DNA of 45,686 nucleotides from Chlamydiota bacterium (GTDB lineage Bacteria; Chlamydiota; Chlamydiia; Chlamydiales; 2-12-FULL-49-11): NCBI GenBank assembly GCA_023269435.1, contig JAHFTJ010000002.1, positions 1 to 45,686 of the forward strand, read 5' to 3'. Shown piece by piece: positions 40,734 to 45,686 of this stretch (position 1 is its first letter; each line of letters starts with the position of its first letter). The notes under the pieces were generated by a model. It saw only the letters and a program-made list of their open reading frames with translations, ran no database searches and was not told where the DNA came from. The position numbers and the translations under genes were made by a program.

Positions 40734-41942
40734 TCACTCATCTATTTTGCATTGGCGCGAGATATTTTCAATGAAATCTATACGATCTAATTCTATTTCA
40801 TCGTTAGTAGCTCCAAGAGCCTTAAATTTTCTTGCGCTAACTAACACTCTATTTTCAAATGATCCGATAGCTTTATTGTAAGATTCTACAGAAGATGAAA
40901 GTGATTTACCGACTTGAGACCAGTGTTTATTCATGTCATATATACGTTTATATAACTCATATCCTAAATCTCTTATTTCTTTAGCATGTCTAGAAAATGT
41001 ATCTTGCTTCCAACCATACGCAACTGCTCTAAGAAGGCCTATAAGCGTCGTAGGAGTTGCTATAATTACATTGTGTTCAGCTCCAAACTCTATTAAAGTT
41101 GGATCATTTTGCAGTGCAGATGAAAAGAAAACTTCAGCAGGGAGGAACAACACCACAAATTCAACTGTCGGTTGAAAAGAGTGCCAATAATTTTTTTTAC
41201 CAAGTTGCGATATATGTTGACGTAATAATTTTGCATGATCTTTTAATTTAATATTTTTTTTGTCTAAATCATCTGTATTATTAGCTTCCAGAAATGCTTC
41301 AAATGGAGCTTTTGCATCTACAATCACATGCCTTCCCCCAGGCAACCTAACAAGTAAATCCGGACGCACACATCCATTATCACCACACTCAACTTTTTGT
41401 TCATAAAAATCGCAATAATTTAACATTCCAGACAATTCGACAACCCTCTTCAACTGCAACTCACCCCAAACACCTCTGACATCTGGTTTTCTAAGGGCTT
41501 TTGTTAAATTAGCAGTCTCAATTTTCAACTCTTTTTCAGATACCAAAATTGATCTAATTTGCTCTTTAAAGCTTTCGCTCTCTCCCTTTCGCTCTTTCTC
41601 TATAAATCTCATTCCATCATCTAATTTTGACAAACTATCTTTAATTGGTGAGATAGCCTTTACGAAATCTAAATCTCTTTTATTTGACTCAGTTTGTGAT
41701 AGTTGATGGAACTTTTCCATTGCATCCAACGAATAACCCTTAAATATATCTCCTATTTTCTCTTTAGTTTCGTTTAACAATAAAAGTTTTTCCTCATATG
41801 ATTTACTATGCTCAACCAACATAGTTTCAATTTGCGACTCTTTTATCCTCAACTCAATAATGTTTTCGTTTAACCTTTTATTTATGCGCAACAACCAAGC
41901 TAAAGGAATTAAAAGAAACCACCCAAAATACAAAACATTCAT
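40734..41942 (-). CDS. rmuC: DNA recombination protein RmuC
   Basis: 402 aa with an N-terminal TM, a coiled coil, and a nuclease-like core (RPDLLVRLPGGRHVIVDAKAP...FLPAE) typical of RmuC/YigN. Confidence 0.8.
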   Translation of the reverse strand: MNVLYFGWFLLIPLAWLLRINKRLNENIIELRIKESQIETMLVEHSKSYEEKLLLLNETKEKIGDIFKGYSLDAMEKFHQLSQTESNKRDLDFVKAISPIKDSLSKLDDGMRFIEKERKGESESFKEQIRSILVSEKELKIETANLTKALRKPDVRGVWGELQLKRVVELSGMLNYCDFYEQKVECGDNGCVRPDLLVRLPGGRHVIVDAKAPFEAFLEANNTDDLDKKNIKLKDHAKLLRQHISQLGKKNYWHSFQPTVEFVVLFLPAEVFFSSALQNDPTLIEFGAEHNVIIATPTTLIGLLRAVAYGWKQDTFSRHAKEIRDLGYELYKRIYDMNKHWSQVGKSLSSSVESYNKAIGSFENRVLVSARKFKALGATNDEIELDRIDFIENISRQCKIDE

Positions 41943-42067
41943 AACAATGCATCAAATTAAATTATGCAAAAACATTTTAAAACTATTACAAATTAAGAGT
42001 CAAACAAAATATTTAAATGTTGATTTTTAATACTATTAACATAGATAATTTATCATCGGAGTTGATT

Positions 42068-43087
42068 ATGATACTTGTATATTTAATAGCTTTTTTGTTA
42101 TCTTTTACAATTCTTAGTAGCACGGAGCAACAAAACAATAAATATCTTAAAATTGAAAATATAGAATTAAAAAATAAACTATACGATATTGTAGAAGATA
42201 TTTTATTTGTAAAAAGAGATACAATAGAAATAAAACAACATTACTCAGATGATATGGCGGAATCTGGACAGTGGAGCGATATTTTTTTTGTATTCGATAA
42301 TAATTCAAATCCGCTAGCTGTTATAAAACACAATCGCAGTAAATTAATTGAAGATCATGAATCAGAATATTTAATGTTAAATGAATTAAATAATGAATCT
42401 TTTAACGAATTTAACCCTATAAAATTATTAGGAGTTGCAGATGGAATAATAAACGACGAACGTTATGGATTTATTATAGAAAACGTTGCACGCGGTAAAT
42501 CTATAAATAATTATTTAAAAGAAATTGGCAAAATAAAAAATCAACAAGATAGAGAGGTGATATTTTCTCAACTGAAAAGGGGTGTAGAGAAAACAGCTAG
42601 CGGTCTTGCCGATCTACACAAAAAAAAGAATTTTTCATCGTCTTCCAAATATTATAAACACAAAATAGAAGAAAAATACACTAATATAGTCAACCACTTT
42701 GGTTACATTCATGGTGACATGCATGTTGGAAATGTTTTTTACGACCCCATAGAAGACAAAACTACTTTTATAGATTTTGGATATTCACATCACTCAAAAA
42801 ATGGCGGCCCAACATGTCAAGACGTTGCTAATTTTATAATAACATTAGAAGTTATTGGATCTTATTATTCACTATCTGCAGAAGAGATCGATATTTTAAA
42901 AAATATATTTCTTACAACTTATAGAATATACGGCTATAACTGCAGTAACGAAGAGATAGAATATTACAGTGACTATTTACTGACATCTTATGTTAAAAAT
43001 TTAAATAGTGCAAATGAATCACAAGATCCGCAAGGCATCTATATATATAATTTTTGTAAAAATAGACTGACAAACAAGGGTAATTAA
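42068..43087 (+). CDS. Membrane-anchored protein-kinase-like-fold phosphotransferase (APH/ChoK/Bud32-like)
   Basis: IHGDMHVGNVFYD (HGDxxxxN catalytic loop) and FIDFGYS (DFG). One N-terminal TM. The preferred ATG at 42068 has a GGAG 6 nt upstream. The track ORF starts at 42017. Confidence 0.6.
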   Translation: MILVYLIAFLLSFTILSSTEQQNNKYLKIENIELKNKLYDIVEDILFVKRDTIEIKQHYSDDMAESGQWSDIFFVFDNNSNPLAVIKHNRSKLIEDHESEYLMLNELNNESFNEFNPIKLLGVADGIINDERYGFIIENVARGKSINNYLKEIGKIKNQQDREVIFSQLKRGVEKTASGLADLHKKKNFSSSSKYYKHKIEEKYTNIVNHFGYIHGDMHVGNVFYDPIEDKTTFIDFGYSHHSKNGGPTCQDVANFIITLEVIGSYYSLSAEEIDILKNIFLTTYRIYGYNCSNEEIEYYSDYLLTSYVKNLNSANESQDPQGIYIYNFCKNRLTNKGN

Positions 43088-43104
43088 TTTACAATTTCAT
43101 TTTT

Positions 43105-43500
43105 ATGAGGAAAAAAAAGTTTACATTTACATTATTAGAAATTGTCATTTGCCTATCATTGCTTACATCAATAGGTTCTTTTGCCCTTATAAATGGTTAT
43201 AAACTTCTCCAAAGTATGCGCCGCACTCAGTCTTGCAAACAATTAAAAAAGGAAATTTTACTCACAAGGGTGTTATCCATTACTCATAACATAGATATAG
43301 AGGTTTTATTAATTCCTGAAAAAACAAAGACTATCTTAATTAGAAAGACAGACTTACCACACCCAAAAATAGCATCTCTTTTTAATAAAAAGATAATACT
43401 TCAAAATTTAATTATAAAAGAAAAAGAGACTTTATATTTTTATCCAGCAAACGCAACCGATACAATGACCGAAAAAATTTCATCAATCATTATCAAGTAA
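43105..43500 (+). CDS. Pseudopilin-like protein (prepilin-type N-terminal motif)
   Basis: 131 aa. MRKKKFTFTLLEIVICLSLL resembles the prepilin cleavage/methylation signature (FTLLE plus hydrophobic helix), but Thr occupies the usual Gly at -1. Confidence 0.45.
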   Translation: MRKKKFTFTLLEIVICLSLLTSIGSFALINGYKLLQSMRRTQSCKQLKKEILLTRVLSITHNIDIEVLLIPEKTKTILIRKTDLPHPKIASLFNKKIILQNLIIKEKETLYFYPANATDTMTEKISSIIIK

Positions 43501-43573
43501 ATATATACACATTCTTAATAATTATCTCCTATTATTATATAGTCATGTATAGTATTCAAAAATCTCCTTTGAG

Positions 43574-43616
43574 AGGTCATTTTTCAATGTCGCAAAGGGG
43601 TCATTTTACACTGTCG
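43574..43616 (+). repeat. Two 19-bp direct repeats, 24-bp period, at a compositional boundary
   Basis: ggtcatttttcaatgtcgc (43574..43592) and ggtcattttacactgtcgc (43598..43616) match at 17/19. An inverted repeat ggttatgag/ctcataacc follows within 80 bp. Confidence 0.8.
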
Positions 43617-43981
43617 CCTGACACCAGGGGCCAGCGGGTTATGAGTCCTCATCGAACAATCACTCACAACAAGTGACAGCTCATAACCATAGCAAAGTTA
43701 AAGCTTTAAAGAGAATGGAAAGTTGTAGCTTGATGTAAAAAGTTGAGACTTGTTGCGCCGAAGTGCACCAAATTTGCACCAAACCAATAAAGGATCAAAT
43801 ACCTATTATTTCAGCCTTACTGTTTCTAAACGATCGACATCAAGTATTGAAAAATCAAGATCGTACACTTCTCTAGTATCGATGAATGTATTATAGCGCC
43901 ATTCGTTAAAAGGTTGGGTATTTTTAAGGCTCTTGCAATGTTATCCGCTTTTTGGTAAGCTCCCACTTCCTAGAGGCTGGT

Positions 43982-45686
43982 ATGAAAATTTTTCCTAGAA
44001 TAGTGCAATCTACTCTTCTTGTCGCAACTCCAACATTAATCGCTTACCCAACAAACGAATTTTCCAGATTTGTTGTTCAACAAGTAAATCATCAGCCGAT
44101 TCAAATCCCTGATCTGCGGACACTTTCATATGATAAGGTTGTCGATCTGTTGAGCAAGATTGAATCGGATTCCTTTGACGAAAGGTATTCTGAAGACGAG
44201 TTAGATCAAATCAATCAGTTCGTATCGCTTCTGGCCATGGAAGGGGCAACTGATGACGAGAAACCCGAAATGGAGTACGCCGTTGCTTCTTTATTCCGAA
44301 AAGACGACATCCAATACGCCGTATTTAACCCAAGTGTCGGATATACTATTAAACCAGCTATCTACATCGAAGGAGCCCAAGATTTTGTCCTATGTAAGAG
44401 CTGGTTCAAGAAGCAATGGGATCAAACAAGATCTTTCGTTAAAAAACACAAAAAAGCCATCATTATTGGTGCAATTGTTGTGGTAGCTGTAGCTGTTGTA
44501 GTTGTAGCCGCTGTGGTCATTTCTTCTGCTGCTGCTAGTGCAGCTGCCGCAGCGGCTGGTGGAGCTGTAGCAGGAGCGGAAGATTCAACAGACACGCCTA
44601 CTGGATCTTCGAGTTCAACACATGAAAGAAAGGGCCATTCTGAACCGAAGGAAATATCACCTAATGAATCACTAGCTTCTTCATTGCAAACCCAAGTATC
44701 GGAATTTAAAGAAACAATCGCACAAGAGCAATTTGCCGCTGTTTCTGAATCAAACGGTATTTCCATGGAAGAAAATGGTAGGATTATCGGCTCTCTTTTT
44801 ACACATAAAGCAGTAGATAGCCTGACCAATACCTTCGCTAAAAACTCAACGATCACAACTGAGCTGAAAGATTTTGGGTTTAATTCACAATATCCGACCA
44901 CAGGATGGTTACAAACCTATCCAGACAGCTCTATAATCATGCCGCACCCATCAACTGACCTGGCTTTTTCTACAGATTATACAACTTCTTATGCGGGGAA
45001 TTTTGGCGATTTAAACGCTATGTCCTATCAAGTTAGGGGCGATCTAGCGTTGAGCTCCGAGTGTTACACTCAAGCAGTGCAAGATTTTGGAAAAGCTATC
45101 TCGCTCGATCCAAGCAATTCAACTTTATACCTGGAAAGAGGGATTGCCAATTTTGAACTAGGAAATTATGAGCAGTCAATTGCGGATTATAATCAATTTG
45201 TTGAGAAAAAAGCAGAACCTTTCTCAGTAACAGATTTTAGTCTTGGCTTTGCTAAAGGAGTACCAAAAGGCGCCTACGATTCAGGAAAGGGGGCTCTTTT
45301 GTTTCTATCTGAGTTTGTAACTCATCCAGTTCATACTTCCAAGCAGATAGTCGACTCGATAAGTCAGCTGGCTACTCTAGTCAAAAACGACGAGTTTGGT
45401 GTTGTAGCTGAAACTCTTTCTCCAGAGCTACACCAGCTCGTAACTCAGTGGGATACTCTTCCTTCTGAAACAAGAGGAGAGTTAGCAGGATATGCTGTAG
45501 GCAAACTGGGAACTGATCTTCTCGCTCCTGGCGCAGTGGCAAAAGTTGCTAGTAAAAGTGTGAATAGTGCGAAGGAGTTAGTGGCAGTTTGCAAGAATCT
45601 CCAAATAGCCCAAGAGACTCTTGTTCTCGAGACAGCTGCTGGTATCGGCATTCCCGTAAAGGTTGGCGAAATAGTCGAAATGGGAA
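43982..45686 (+). CDS. Membrane-anchored TPR-containing protein, 3'-truncated by the window edge
   Basis: The frame from ATG 43982 stays open to the end of the window (hand-translated, 568 codons), so it is absent from the ORF track. It has a Val/Ala-rich TM (AIIIGAIVVVAVAVVVVAAVVI) and a TPR-like unit (YTQAVQDFGKAISLDPSNSTLYLERGIANFELGNYEQSIADYNQFV). G+C is about 45%. Confidence 0.7.
   Translation, partial: MKIFPRIVQSTLLVATPTLIAYPTNEFSRFVVQQVNHQPIQIPDLRTLSYDKVVDLLSKIESDSFDERYSEDELDQINQFVSLLAMEGATDDEKPEMEYAVASLFRKDDIQYAVFNPSVGYTIKPAIYIEGAQDFVLCKSWFKKQWDQTRSFVKKHKKAIIIGAIVVVAVAVVVVAAVVISSAAASAAAAAAGGAVAGAEDSTDTPTGSSSSTHERKGHSEPKEISPNESLASSLQTQVSEFKETIAQEQFAAVSESNGISMEENGRIIGSLFTHKAVDSLTNTFAKNSTITTELKDFGFNSQYPTTGWLQTYPDSSIIMPHPSTDLAFSTDYTTSYAGNFGDLNAMSYQVRGDLALSSECYTQAVQDFGKAISLDPSNSTLYLERGIANFELGNYEQSIADYNQFVEKKAEPFSVTDFSLGFAKGVPKGAYDSGKGALLFLSEFVTHPVHTSKQIVDSISQLATLVKNDEFGVVAETLSPELHQLVTQWDTLPSETRGELAGYAVGKLGTDLLAPGAVAKVASKSVNSAKELVAVCKNLQIAQETLVLETAAGIGIPVKVGEIVEMG

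Noticed and set aside
43620-43700. The segment cctgacaccaggggccagc considered as a possible SRP (4.5S) RNA or tRNA fragment
   Set aside because: It lacks the conserved GGAAGGAAGCAGC-type SRP domain IV motif and does not fold into a cloverleaf by hand. Only local inverted repeats are present.
44422-44901. 159-aa minus-strand ORF with an Ala/Thr-rich run
   Set aside because: It is antisense to the Val/Ala-rich TM and linker of the long open plus-strand frame (43982 onward). The plus frame stays open for 568 codons and contains a recognisable TPR unit.
43982-45686. A polymorphic-toxin pre-toxin domain call for the C-terminal GYAVGKLGTDLLAPGAVAKV segment
   Set aside because: The resemblance is only compositional. 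I cannot match the actual family signature from memory, and the protein is truncated, so no toxin claim is made.

Overview
AT-rich (about 30% G+C from hand counts of sample lines) chromosomal segment. Its gene content and order match the conserved Chlamydiota block as I recall it from Chlamydia trachomatis. All on the minus strand: V-type ATPase operon (atpE, DUF2764-like, atpA, atpB, atpD, atpI, atpK), tal, rpoC, rpoB, rplL-rplJ-rplA-rplK, nusG, secE, tRNA-Trp, tuf, tRNA-Thr, infA. Next come a sufE-like gene, tyrP-like permease, HEAT-repeat protein, HIT protein and MYG1-family protein. An apparently accessory segment (27.6-34.8 kb) holds a 1370-aa repeat protein with an intact GH18 motif, a 701-aa protein with a PpnN/LOG-like C-terminal half, and a glycine-zipper membrane protein. 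After it: prmC, prfA, two unannotated tandem lysine-rich micro-ORFs, rpmE (L31 type B), a rhomboid-like membrane protein, a Cys-motif protein plus a double-SH3b protein, rmuC, a kinase-fold protein and a pseudopilin-like protein. Both window edges look compositionally foreign (mid-40s % G+C). The left edge (1-443, minus) is the 5' part of a group II intron inserted directly after a terminator-like hairpin downstream of atpK. A 97-bp paralogous copy of that hairpin plus flank at 38.5 kb appears unoccupied. The right edge (from about 43.57 kb) starts with tandem 19-bp repeats and carries a truncated membrane/TPR protein gene. I saw no rRNA, CRISPR array, intact transposase or recognisable defence system. 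Domain calls come from motif recognition by eye and need HMM or structure confirmation.
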